Below are positions 18,549-27,952 of a stretch of DNA of 33,098 nucleotides, piece by piece. Both the position numbers and the translations under genes were made by a program. The notes under the pieces are model-generated. The model did not search any database. It was not told the origin of the DNA and saw only the letters and a list, made by a program, of their open reading frames with translations. The DNA is from Patescibacteria group bacterium (GTDB lineage: Bacteria; Patescibacteriota; Microgenomatia; UBA1400; PJMF01), in the NCBI GenBank assembly GCA_049322655.1, contig JBMORP010000002.1, positions 238,915 to 272,012 on the forward strand, given 5' to 3'. Each line of letters begins with the position of its first letter. Position 1 is the stretch's first letter.

Positions 18549-18986
18549 AACAGCTTCCTTTCAACTAAGTTGTTACTTTTCCTGACTTGTATCCTAACAT
18601 TTCTTGACTTTATTAGAAACAAGAAAAACAGCTATTTTTTATGTTCAAAATATTTTTAAATATAAATTAATATATCTAAAGAACTCATTAATTTACTTAA
18701 AAAATGCTGTTCTCGAGCATTGAATTTTTTTGATTGTTTTAACAACTATATCTAAAACAATCAAAAAACTAATTAACATATCTTTAAAGCTAGCTTAAGA
18801 CACTCACTGATCTCTTTAAAAGCAAATTGATCTCTTTGAGAAAATGTTTAAAAGCAAACAAAGTAACTTTAAATATATATTAATATTAACAAAAAGATCA
18901 TCTGTGCTTTTAAGCCAAAATAAACAAAAAACTATGTCAGTTAGCTATGAGACACTTACCCACGGGGTAAAAGGGGCTGGGAAAAT

Positions 18987-20288
18987 TTAAAAATTTTTAA
19001 TTAATTCAACAAATTTTTGCTCGCTTTTATAGGGGCCGATTAAAGCTAACCTGACTTCATCTTTTTTGACTAAAGTTGCGATCACTTGTTGAACATCCTC
19101 GACTGTAACCGCTTGAATCTTAGCGATTACTTCTTCTAATGTTTCTAGTCTATCTGAGAGAACTTTTTTCAAACCATAAAATTGGGCTACAGCGCTGCTG
19201 TCTTCCATGCTTAAAATCATACTACCCACCAAATGCTCTTGGGCTCTTTTAAGCTCGATTCTCGTTACTGGTTTACTGCCATCAGCTAAGGAATGAAACT
19301 CTTGTAAAGCTACGGAAATAGCCTCTTCAATTCGCTGAGGATCAACTCCAGCAGCTGCTCCCAAGATACCAGTATCGTGATATTGATCAACTTCAGATCG
19401 TACATAATAACTCAAGCCACGTTTTTCCCTAATTTCGGTAAAGAGTCGTGAACTCATATTGCCCCCCAAAATAGTTGAGGCAACTGCCAAAGCAAAGCGG
19501 CGCTGATCATCTCTTTTAAAACTTTGCCAACCCAAGACAAAATGAGCTTGCTGAGTATCTTTGTAGTGAACTAGCAAACGTTGGTCAGTCAGGTTTCCAG
19601 CAAATAAATGAGCTTGTAAATTTGCTCTCGTTGTCCTTCTTTGGTTGGTTGGTTTATTAAACAATTCCTCAATCTTTTGGTGAAGTTTTTTAGCTAAAAC
19701 TTTAGAGGACTTGCCTGCTAACACCAACACCATGTTAGAAAGTCCATACCACTGGCTGAGAAATGCTTCAAAATCGGCTTTGGTCACACTGGTAACAGAA
19801 TCTTTCGTGCCCAAAATATCATGTCCCAAACCAGTCCCTTTAAAAGCCATTTGATTAAATAAGCTACCAACATGTCTAGCAGGTGTATCTGCATACATGT
19901 TCATCTCTTCGATAATCACGCCTTTTTCTCTGTCAATATCAGCTGGCTGTAAATTTGGTTGAAGCAACATGTCAGATAAAACATCTAAACTTTTTTCAAT
20001 ATGTTTAGCTGCTGATTTGACGTAGTAGCCAGTGTATTCATGGCTAGTAAAAGCATTAAACTCTGCACCCAAGCCATCAATCGTTGCTGCTAATTCTTGT
20101 GCTGTGGGATAGTTTTTTGTTCCCTTAAAAACAATATGCTCAAAGAAGTGAGCAATACCAAACTTATTTGTTTCTTCATAACGAGAGCCAGTGTTAGTTA
20201 GTACCATAGCCGTTATTGATTCCACACTTTTCATCGGCAACAACAAAACCGATAAACCATTTTTTAAAGTAAGAGTTTGGGGTGTCAT
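18987..20288 (-). CDS. M16 (pitrilysin/insulinase) family zinc peptidase
   Basis: GIAHFFEH (HxxEH), NAFT, MSSRLFTEIREKRGLSY; ATG 20288 just after TGcTAGAAT. Confidence 0.94.
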   Translation of the reverse strand: MTPQTLTLKNGLSVLLLPMKSVESITAMVLTNTGSRYEETNKFGIAHFFEHIVFKGTKNYPTAQELAATIDGLGAEFNAFTSHEYTGYYVKSAAKHIEKSLDVLSDMLLQPNLQPADIDREKGVIIEEMNMYADTPARHVGSLFNQMAFKGTGLGHDILGTKDSVTSVTKADFEAFLSQWYGLSNMVLVLAGKSSKVLAKKLHQKIEELFNKPTNQRRTTRANLQAHLFAGNLTDQRLLVHYKDTQQAHFVLGWQSFKRDDQRRFALAVASTILGGNMSSRLFTEIREKRGLSYYVRSEVDQYHDTGILGAAAGVDPQRIEEAISVALQEFHSLADGSKPVTRIELKRAQEHLVGSMILSMEDSSAVAQFYGLKKVLSDRLETLEEVIAKIQAVTVEDVQQVIATLVKKDEVRLALIGPYKSEQKFVELIKNF

Positions 20289-20736
20289 AAAGCTGCATTC
20301 TAGCACAGTTTTTTAGAGAATTTTGCCCTAGCTTTTTCGAGAAAAATAACCAGCTAAAAGCTATTTTTATGATTTTTATTTAACCAAATAATTACCGAAT
20401 TAAATTGAACACTTTTTTTATTCTTTAGAGTTTTTAATATTTTCAAAAAATATCTATTTTACAGACGTCATTTTGTGTTCAAAAAACTAAAACTCAATCA
20501 AATGCCATAAAAACATCTATTTCAATCTAATATCACCAATACTAGTCACTAGTTTCGCCTTTTATTCGAGTCATTAAAACAGCTCATTAACAACTTTCAG
20601 CTTAGATAATTAGTTAAAAAATTAAACTAGCCAACTGATGGTAAAAATAAAACTTACTAGTTGCCAAAAACACTCTTTCCCCCCTTAAGCTTTTTGAACA
20701 GTTTTTTTCTTGATCAGGAATAGTCTTTTAAAACTT

Positions 20737-21597
20737 TTAAAATCTTTTTCTCAGCTCTGCCAACAAAATTTTGCCATCACTAATTTTAAAAATAATGTCA
20801 CCACTTTGCTCAGTGCTAAATATTTTTACCCCCAAACTTTCTAGTTTTGCCAAAGTTTCAGAATGAGGGTGACCAAAACTATTTTTACCAACACTAATCA
20901 CTGCGGTATCAGGCAAGACTTTTTCCAAAAATTCGCTAGAACTACTGGTGTTTGAGCCATGATGGCCAACCTTTAAAACATCCACTTGAGGCAAGTAATT
21001 TCTTTCTAGCAATGCTTCCTCCCAACTCAATTCTCCATCACCAGTGAAAAGCCACTGAGTTCCAGCCAAATTTAGCAATCCACCCAAAGAACGATCATTT
21101 TCAGTTAACTCAGTAGCTGTTAGACCAACCACCTCGAGAAAGCTTAAGTTGTCACCAGAGGGCAAAACGATTGATTGGCCCAAAACAGGCTGTTTACTCA
21201 CTAAACCGGACCGATAATTATTGATTTGGGCTAGCAAATCCTTGACTAATTGGTTATTTTTAGTAGGCTCAATAAAGTAGATTTCTTTGACATTATAAAT
21301 ACCCATAATTTCTCCGAAATAAGCCATGTGGTCACTGTCAAAATGACTAATAATTACTACCTCAATAGTCTGATCCCAAAAAGGTAAAACATGACCCAAA
21401 CAACCTAGCAATCTGTCACTTGCTCCGCTATCTATTATTAGTTGAAAAAAACCTTGCTGGATCAAGATAGAATCACCTTGACCGACATCACAAAACACAA
21501 CTTTAGTTGATTTATCAGGCCATTTTTTATAAATAAAAATTAAAAAAATTAGTAAAAGAGCAATTAGAAAAAAAAGCCTTTTTCTAACAGTTTTCAT
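20737..21597 (-). CDS. ComEC-type metallo-beta-lactamase-fold nuclease (stand-alone, N-terminal TM)
   Basis: DVGQGDS, SHFDSDH, LFTGD, KVGHHGS, FGHPH; ATG 21597 overlaps the comEC end by 14 nt. Confidence 0.9.
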   Translation of the reverse strand: MKTVRKRLFFLIALLLIFLIFIYKKWPDKSTKVVFCDVGQGDSILIQQGFFQLIIDSGASDRLLGCLGHVLPFWDQTIEVVIISHFDSDHMAYFGEIMGIYNVKEIYFIEPTKNNQLVKDLLAQINNYRSGLVSKQPVLGQSIVLPSGDNLSFLEVVGLTATELTENDRSLGGLLNLAGTQWLFTGDGELSWEEALLERNYLPQVDVLKVGHHGSNTSSSSEFLEKVLPDTAVISVGKNSFGHPHSETLAKLESLGVKIFSTEQSGDIIFKISDGKILLAELRKRF

Positions 21598-22939
21598 GGA
21601 AAAAGACGACCTTTCTGTTGTGTTTTCTTCGCAAAAACACAATTAATACTAATAATCCCATCCCCCAAACTAACAAATAAAAGTCTTTTTCTTCTGGTAA
21701 CACAGTTTGTCTCAGAAAAAATAAAAACCTCAGTTGACCAACTAATGAGATAAAAGATGCAATAACATATCTATATATCAATAAATAAGGCCAAAAAAGT
21801 AACTCCAAATAACTATTTTTAAACCAGGCTAACAAGCCCCCCAAAACAAACCCCACTTGAGTAAACCAAGCTACTGGAAATAAAAACAACGAGTTACTGA
21901 TAAAACTCAACCAATTCAACTCACCAAAGAACCAAATTACTAGAGGTAAAAGCAAAATTTGGGCAGACACAGAAGCTAGAAATTCTTGTCGAAAAAAACT
22001 AGTTATAGTCAACTCACCAGACGAAAATAGTAAAAATTGACCACTAAACAAAATCAAACCCAGGGTGGCTAAGACTGAAAACCAAAAAGAAAGACTCTTG
22101 ATAAGCTCCAGATTAAAAAATAACAAAATGAAAACAGAGTAAATCAAAACTCTTCTTGAGGAAATAGCTCTGCCAACTTGATTGGCTAATATTAACAAAC
22201 TCAACATTACCCCAGCTCTCAGGAGGGGCGGATCTCCTTCTAGAAACCAGACATATAACCAAATAATAACTAATGAAACTAAAGATTTGGTTTTTCTTGA
22301 GAAAAAAACATTTTTTTTAGTCACTAAACCAGTTAATAACGCGACATTAAATCCTGAAGCCACCAAAATATGTAGTAAGCCAACTCTTTGAAAAACAGCA
22401 TAATAAGTATTTTGAGTGATTTTTTCACCCAAAACCAGGCCTTTGAGCATTGCAAGTGAATCTTTGCTTTGGCTTAGCTTCGCTATTTCCTCAACTCTAA
22501 CCTGGTTTCCCTCGAGTCTTTCCCTCATCTCAAAAAACCGATATTTTAACAAAACCACCACTCTTTTAATTAATAATTTAGATTGATTTTTCAATCTTTT
22601 TACCTTTAAAAAACTAATAGCAAATATACCACTATCACTGCTAAAACAGACCTCACTCTGTCTGGATTCTTGAGTATTTTTTTCGCTTGCGAGTTGATTT
22701 TTTTGAATAAAACAGAAGATATCAAATAACATCAACTGCTTTTGGCAGATTGAACCGCTCAATTGAGTTGAAACTTTGTTTCGGCTTTTATCTGCGATCG
22801 TCTTTGATCTATTCAGTTTTAACGCATTAAAGCTGAGTATTATTAATACTACTAAAACAACCAAAATACTAAAAAGAACAACATATTTATTTTTCTTAAG
22901 AGCTCTCTTTTTTGGTATTATTTGATCTATTAGTAACAT
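21584..22939 (-). CDS. comEC: ComEC/Rec2 competence membrane domain protein
   Basis: GLVLGE, GLLHILVASGFNV, PPLLRAGVM, SFWFSVLAT; many TM helices. Confidence 0.9.
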   Translation of the reverse strand: MLLIDQIIPKKRALKKNKYVVLFSILVVLVVLIILSFNALKLNRSKTIADKSRNKVSTQLSGSICQKQLMLFDIFCFIQKNQLASEKNTQESRQSEVCFSSDSGIFAISFLKVKRLKNQSKLLIKRVVVLLKYRFFEMRERLEGNQVRVEEIAKLSQSKDSLAMLKGLVLGEKITQNTYYAVFQRVGLLHILVASGFNVALLTGLVTKKNVFFSRKTKSLVSLVIIWLYVWFLEGDPPLLRAGVMLSLLILANQVGRAISSRRVLIYSVFILLFFNLELIKSLSFWFSVLATLGLILFSGQFLLFSSGELTITSFFRQEFLASVSAQILLLPLVIWFFGELNWLSFISNSLFLFPVAWFTQVGFVLGGLLAWFKNSYLELLFWPYLLIYRYVIASFISLVGQLRFLFFLRQTVLPEEKDFYLLVWGMGLLVLIVFLRRKHNRKVVFFHENC

Positions 22940-22992
22940 TTTTTTAAAAAGGATAATTTTTAAAGTAATTTTTTAACTAACATTGTGTAAAA

Positions 22993-23595
22993 CTATAAGG
23001 AAATAGCAGCCTTCAATTCGTTAAAAATGCTATGAGAAATGCCGGCTTTAGTGACTAAATCGTCTAATTGTAAATATGGTCTGTTTTCAATAATTGCTTG
23101 GGCTCGACTCTCGCCAATTCCTGGTAAACTAACCAATTCTTTTAAACTGGCTTGGTTAATAGAAATTAAGTTTTTAGTTTCAGCACCAAGCTGATTTTCA
23201 ACCTTTAAATCTTTTTCCCATATAAAGGGCACATAGATTTTGTCTCCATCTTTAAGCAACGACGCTAAATTAAGATTTTTGGCGATAAACTCAGCATCTG
23301 CTTGCACACTGAATCCCCCAGCTTGCTTGAGAGCCTCTCCAACCCGGCTAGTTCGGTCGAACTGCCAAACTCCAGGGTGATTAACCGCTCCAGTAACTTC
23401 AACTGTGATTTGGGGTAACTGACTCACTAGCAACTCGTTTTGATTATTGAGCATTTCCAAAGAACATTGAGGAACCTGACTTCGCTCAACCAACAACACA
23501 TAAAAACCATAAACAAAAACCACTCCACCGACAATGCTTGAGGCTAGTTCAAATAAAACCAATAATTTGGACCAAACCACCAACCTTGAAATCAT
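22993..23595 (-). CDS. comEA: ComEA family DNA-binding protein (TM-SLBB-HhH)
   Basis: VEVTGAVNHPGV, ALKQAGG, NLASLLKDGDKIYVP, ISINQAS..L.SLPGIG. Confidence 0.92.
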   Translation of the reverse strand: MISRLVVWSKLLVLFELASSIVGGVVFVYGFYVLLVERSQVPQCSLEMLNNQNELLVSQLPQITVEVTGAVNHPGVWQFDRTSRVGEALKQAGGFSVQADAEFIAKNLNLASLLKDGDKIYVPFIWEKDLKVENQLGAETKNLISINQASLKELVSLPGIGESRAQAIIENRPYLQLDDLVTKAGISHSIFNELKAAISL

Positions 23596-23636
23596 AGTTT
23601 CAAAGTAGTAGTTAAAAATGACTTAAAACTGAAAAC

Positions 23637-26123
23637 TTAAATCTTAGTCACAAAGCTAACTATTTTTCCTGGTACAAAAATTTCTTTGACTACTTTCCCA
23701 GCCAACCATTTTTGGACTTCAGGACTGTCTTTAGCCAACTTAATGACAGTTGCTTTGTCTGTAGCCGACTCAACTTTAACCAGCAACTCAGCTCTAACTT
23801 TACCATTAACCTGAACAGCAAAAGTTACTTCGTTTTCCTTGGCTAATTCTGGATCGTAAACAGGCCAAGCCTGAACATGAACACCATCATACTGACCTTC
23901 AGTTTGAGTTGGAGTCTCCATACACAAAGCATTCAACTCTTCAGCCATAAAAGGAGCAAATGGCGCCAGCATTAAAATAAATTTCCTGACATCTGCTAAA
24001 CAAAGCGCTTGACCTTGTTGATTGGTTGTTTCCCATAAATTGGTCAACTCCATCATCATGGCGATAGCCGTATTGAATTTGAGAGTAGGAATATCTGCGG
24101 TGACCTTTTTTAAGGTTTGATGAAGCTTTCGCTCAACTACTTGATTTGATTTGTCTGGAGGATTATTTTTAGCCATTGTAACCAAACTAAAAACTTTTCT
24201 CAAAAATCTAGCTACCCCAGCCACAGCTCTTGGATCCCAAGGCTTATCAGCCTCTAATGGCCCCATAAACATTTCATACACCCTAAGGGTATCTGCCCCA
24301 AACTCTGTAACAATCTCGTCAGGATTAATAACATTGCCCTTACTTTTACTCATTTTTTTACCATCAGGACCAAGAATCATCCCTTGATGTCTCATTTTGG
24401 CAAATGGTTCGCTAACCTTGAGGTAACCTTCATCTCGAAGAAATTTAGTAAAAAAACGAGAATATAAGAGGTGCAATACAATATGTTCAGGTCCAATTAG
24501 GTAGAGGTCTACCGGTAACCAAGCAGCCAACTTTTCCTGATCAGCAAACTCTTCTTTGTTTCTAGAGTCACAGTAACGTAAAAAATACCAGCTGGAATCG
24601 ACAAAAGTATCCATGGTATCGAACTCAGGTCGCCAACCCTTGCCATACAACCGTTCGGTTCTTTCAATAAATTCTTGAGAAGATTTTAACGGAGATTCTC
24701 CAGTTGGTTTGAAATCAACGTCGGTTGGTAGTTTCCAAGGTAAATGTTCTTCCTTGACTGGGTGAGGCTGCCCCTCTGGGTCATAAACAATAGGAATTGG
24801 AGCTCCCCAATAACGTTGTCGAGAAATTAACCAATCTCTTAGCTTGTAAGTGGTTTGCCATTGAGCAAAACCCTGCTCAATCATCCACTTGGCCATGTTT
24901 TGTTTGCCCTGTCCCCAAGCATCTTGCCCATCAAACTGACCAGAGTTGACCAATAACCCTGGCGCCTCCATAGCTTTTTTGCCATCCCTAACTTGATCAT
25001 TAAGCTCTTTGTCGGCATAAGCCACTACTTGCTTGATTGGGAGGTGGTATTTTTGGGCAAAAGCAAAATCACGGTCATCATGGGCTGGAACACCCATAAC
25101 AATTGCCGTTCCTACCCCCATCAGCACATAATCCGCTATCAACAGAGGAACTTCTTGACCATTAACGGGATTAATTACTGTCAAACCAGTTAATACTCCA
25201 GTTTTATCTTTCTCCCCAATTCGGCGTTCTTCTTCTGTTTTATGTTTAGCCGCTGCTAGATAGCTTAGAACTTCGTCTTTACGATCTTTGGGCACATTTG
25301 CTAACAGACCTTTTGCCTCAAACTCCTCTGGAGCAATCACCACAAAGGTTACGCCAAACACTGTTTCCCAAAACTTGGTCCACACGGTCATTTTTTCAGT
25401 GGTTTCCTTGAGAATAAAATCAATAGCCAAACCTTTAGCTTTACCAATCCAATTTTTTTGTTGTTGTTTAGTTGGCTCTGGCCAATCAACTTGATCTAAA
25501 CCAGCAAGTAACTCATCTTTGTACTCAGTAATCTTGAAATACCATTGTTTCAAATCCTTTTGCTCTACTGCGGCATCACAACGTTCACAAAGCCCATTAA
25601 CCACTTGTTCATTAGCCAGAACTGTTTGACAAGATGGACACCAATTAACCATTCCCATCCCTTGATAAGCTAAACCTTTTTTATATAACTTAAGGAAAAG
25701 CCACTGGGTCCACTTATAATACTCTGGATGATTAGTGGCCGTTTCGTTTTCCCAATCATAAGAAATACCCAATCTTTGAATTTGTCCCCTGAAAGTATCG
25801 ATTGCTTTTCTCGTTGTTTCTGCAGGATGAACCCCTGTTTTAATGGCGTAGTTCTCAGCTGGTAAACCAAAAGCATCCCAACCCACAGGAAAATAGACAT
25901 TTTTGCCATTCATTCTTAGAAATCTGGCCATAATATCTAGCGCTGTCTTCGATTCAACATGGCCAACATGCAAACCTGATCCCGAAGGATAGGCAAAAGC
26001 AAATAATAAGTACTCTTTTTGTTGATCTGACAATGGTTGAGTATCCTGAAACAAACGCAAGGAAGACCACACTTTTAGCCATTTTTCTTCTGTTTGTGTG
26101 TGGTTATAAGCAACTTTTGCCAT
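23637..26123 (-). CDS. leuS: Leucine--tRNA ligase
   Basis: YPSG..LHVGH, GWDAFGLPAEN, GVPAHD, DWLISRQRYWG, KMSKSKGN, VQVNGKVR. Confidence 0.98.
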   Translation of the reverse strand: MAKVAYNHTQTEEKWLKVWSSLRLFQDTQPLSDQQKEYLLFAFAYPSGSGLHVGHVESKTALDIMARFLRMNGKNVYFPVGWDAFGLPAENYAIKTGVHPAETTRKAIDTFRGQIQRLGISYDWENETATNHPEYYKWTQWLFLKLYKKGLAYQGMGMVNWCPSCQTVLANEQVVNGLCERCDAAVEQKDLKQWYFKITEYKDELLAGLDQVDWPEPTKQQQKNWIGKAKGLAIDFILKETTEKMTVWTKFWETVFGVTFVVIAPEEFEAKGLLANVPKDRKDEVLSYLAAAKHKTEEERRIGEKDKTGVLTGLTVINPVNGQEVPLLIADYVLMGVGTAIVMGVPAHDDRDFAFAQKYHLPIKQVVAYADKELNDQVRDGKKAMEAPGLLVNSGQFDGQDAWGQGKQNMAKWMIEQGFAQWQTTYKLRDWLISRQRYWGAPIPIVYDPEGQPHPVKEEHLPWKLPTDVDFKPTGESPLKSSQEFIERTERLYGKGWRPEFDTMDTFVDSSWYFLRYCDSRNKEEFADQEKLAAWLPVDLYLIGPEHIVLHLLYSRFFTKFLRDEGYLKVSEPFAKMRHQGMILGPDGKKMSKSKGNVINPDEIVTEFGADTLRVYEMFMGPLEADKPWDPRAVAGVARFLRKVFSLVTMAKNNPPDKSNQVVERKLHQTLKKVTADIPTLKFNTAIAMMMELTNLWETTNQQGQALCLADVRKFILMLAPFAPFMAEELNALCMETPTQTEGQYDGVHVQAWPVYDPELAKENEVTFAVQVNGKVRAELLVKVESATDKATVIKLAKDSPEVQKWLAGKVVKEIFVPGKIVSFVTKI

Positions 26124-26644
26124 AATCCTTCCTTTTCTCAGGATACTTAACTAACCTATCGAGTATACCAGAGTTATCCAAAAATAATAAATTATTTGGC
26201 ACTAATTTTTAAAATAAATGTTCTTGTTTGATGAACTTAAACCAACGGTTTAGCTGAGGAGAACCAGAGTGTTTAGTTAAAAAATAAAAAATAAATATTT
26301 TTGTGAAAAACTTCTTTAAAAAGTTGTTTTCGTGTTATCTTCAGATAATCTTTAGATTAAAAGATCGGCTTGCAACAACAAACTATTATTACCGCATTTT
26401 TATCGCATTATTACTGAATGATCTGGAAATATTATTAACGCAAATTATTTTTAATCAATATTTATAGATCAAAATATGATTATCTGTTTTGTGTTTTAAT
26501 TAAAAAGTAAAAACCCGAAGTGATTTTTAGGAGATAGTGAAGTTAAACCGAAAAAGAAAAGAATTAAAACCGTAAATAATATTTAAGATATCAAAAAGAA
26601 TCAAAATCAAAAAACTGAGTTAAAAGCCTGTAGTATTTAGCCAT

Positions 26645-27391
26645 CTACCCCATAGAACTAAGAGCTTGCAAACTAAAGACCAGATCTAGGCCAGAAGGAA
26701 CATGAGGATAATATTCATGAAGAATGCCAAAGTCATTTTTTAATGAACCATACAAACGATCAAAGACTGAAGATATCTCTATTTTGGATTGATTAGAAGC
26801 TATTTTTATACTAGTTTCTTTTTCTAGCAAAGATGCTATTTCATTGCTAATGCTCGAGTAAGAATTAGCTAAATCGCTAAGCTGCAAAATTGAACCTATA
26901 ATCTCTTTATCATCGCCAAAAGTCCAGTTTTTAAAAGGAGCAACCATAACACTCCCCTCGTAAGAATTTCTCAACTCATAAGAGACCTTTTCAGATAATG
27001 GGCCAGGAAATAAAAACACTCCTCTGGTTAAAGCCAAGGAATGCTCGGTCAATAGGATTCTTCTTAAAAACCTAAAATTATGATCATGCTTAGGAGCCTG
27101 AAGGAAGATAACTGCCCACCATTCCCCATGCCACTGCCTTCTTTGAGGTGAAAAAGCCGGAATTGCCTGTTCCAAAGACCGCTTGCCATGAGAAGTAATA
27201 CTAATAGCCTGGGTAGAGTTAATCCTCTCCAAGATAATTTTTTTTCTCTGCTGTAAATAGAATAAAGAAGACTGCAAACCAGCCTCAGTGATGGTTGGTA
27301 AAAATAAGCTGAGTTCTTGAACATCAACCCATCTAGATAAATTGTCTTTGGGATAGAGCCAAGTAAGAATTCTGGTAGAGTTGTCTTTCAT
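26645..27391 (-). CDS. PaaX-like transcriptional regulator (N-terminal wHTH plus central domain)
   Basis: wHTH ending ITSHG, then WHGEWWAVIF...LRRIL...LTRGVFLFP, typical of PaaX-like proteins. Confidence 0.7.
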   Translation of the reverse strand: MKDNSTRILTWLYPKDNLSRWVDVQELSLFLPTITEAGLQSSLFYLQQRKKIILERINSTQAISITSHGKRSLEQAIPAFSPQRRQWHGEWWAVIFLQAPKHDHNFRFLRRILLTEHSLALTRGVFLFPGPLSEKVSYELRNSYEGSVMVAPFKNWTFGDDKEIIGSILQLSDLANSYSSISNEIASLLEKETSIKIASNQSKIEISSVFDRLYGSLKNDFGILHEYYPHVPSGLDLVFSLQALSSMG

Positions 27392-27952
27392 TGTTCGTGT
27401 TTTTTATGTATAAATCTTTTATTGCATTTTTTACTCAGATATTAAGCCATCTTTTATACCTCATCATAAAAAGTTTTCCACAATTATTTTTTCCGAAGTC
27501 ACTTCTCACTTGTTTTAACTAATAAACTAAATAAAAATCAATATCTTTAACTAGTAACTTAAATTGATTTATAAAGCCTTTTTTAATTTTTTACTCCCCA
27601 GTAATTTACTCAATAAAGCACGAACATTTAGTTTTCTGTTCACATAATACACTCTTTCTAAGAGTATTAACAGTCAAAAAAACTGTGAAAAACTCATTCA
27701 AACCTTGTCAATGACCCCGATGTTGAAATAGAAACTGATTGTATTTGATGTTATTTGAGTAATATCTATCCTCTTTACAAATACTCTACTTGAGTAAAAA
27801 GTTATTTTTTTTGTGCAAAACGTCACTCAACCCAACCTCAAAAATTGAAGCAAAATGCCATTGCATCTACCCCCTAAAATTTCTTAAACTTATCTCTGCA
27901 ATTGCATCTAACAGAGCTCGTAAAAAAGCCTGGATTACACAATAAAACAATC

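Noticed and set aside
26124-26644. Leu attenuator before leuS
   Set aside because: An extended -10 lies about 40 nt from the ATG, leaving no room; no Leu-rich uORF plus terminator was seen.
26645-27391. Cas2/CRISPR locus
   Set aside because: PaaX-like central domains can resemble Cas2, but no cas1 or array is present.
27392-27952. Replication origin
   Set aside because: Only scattered mismatched DnaA-box-like 9-mers (e.g. TTTTCCACA near 27474), no dnaA/dnaN nearby, and no evident skew switch by eye.
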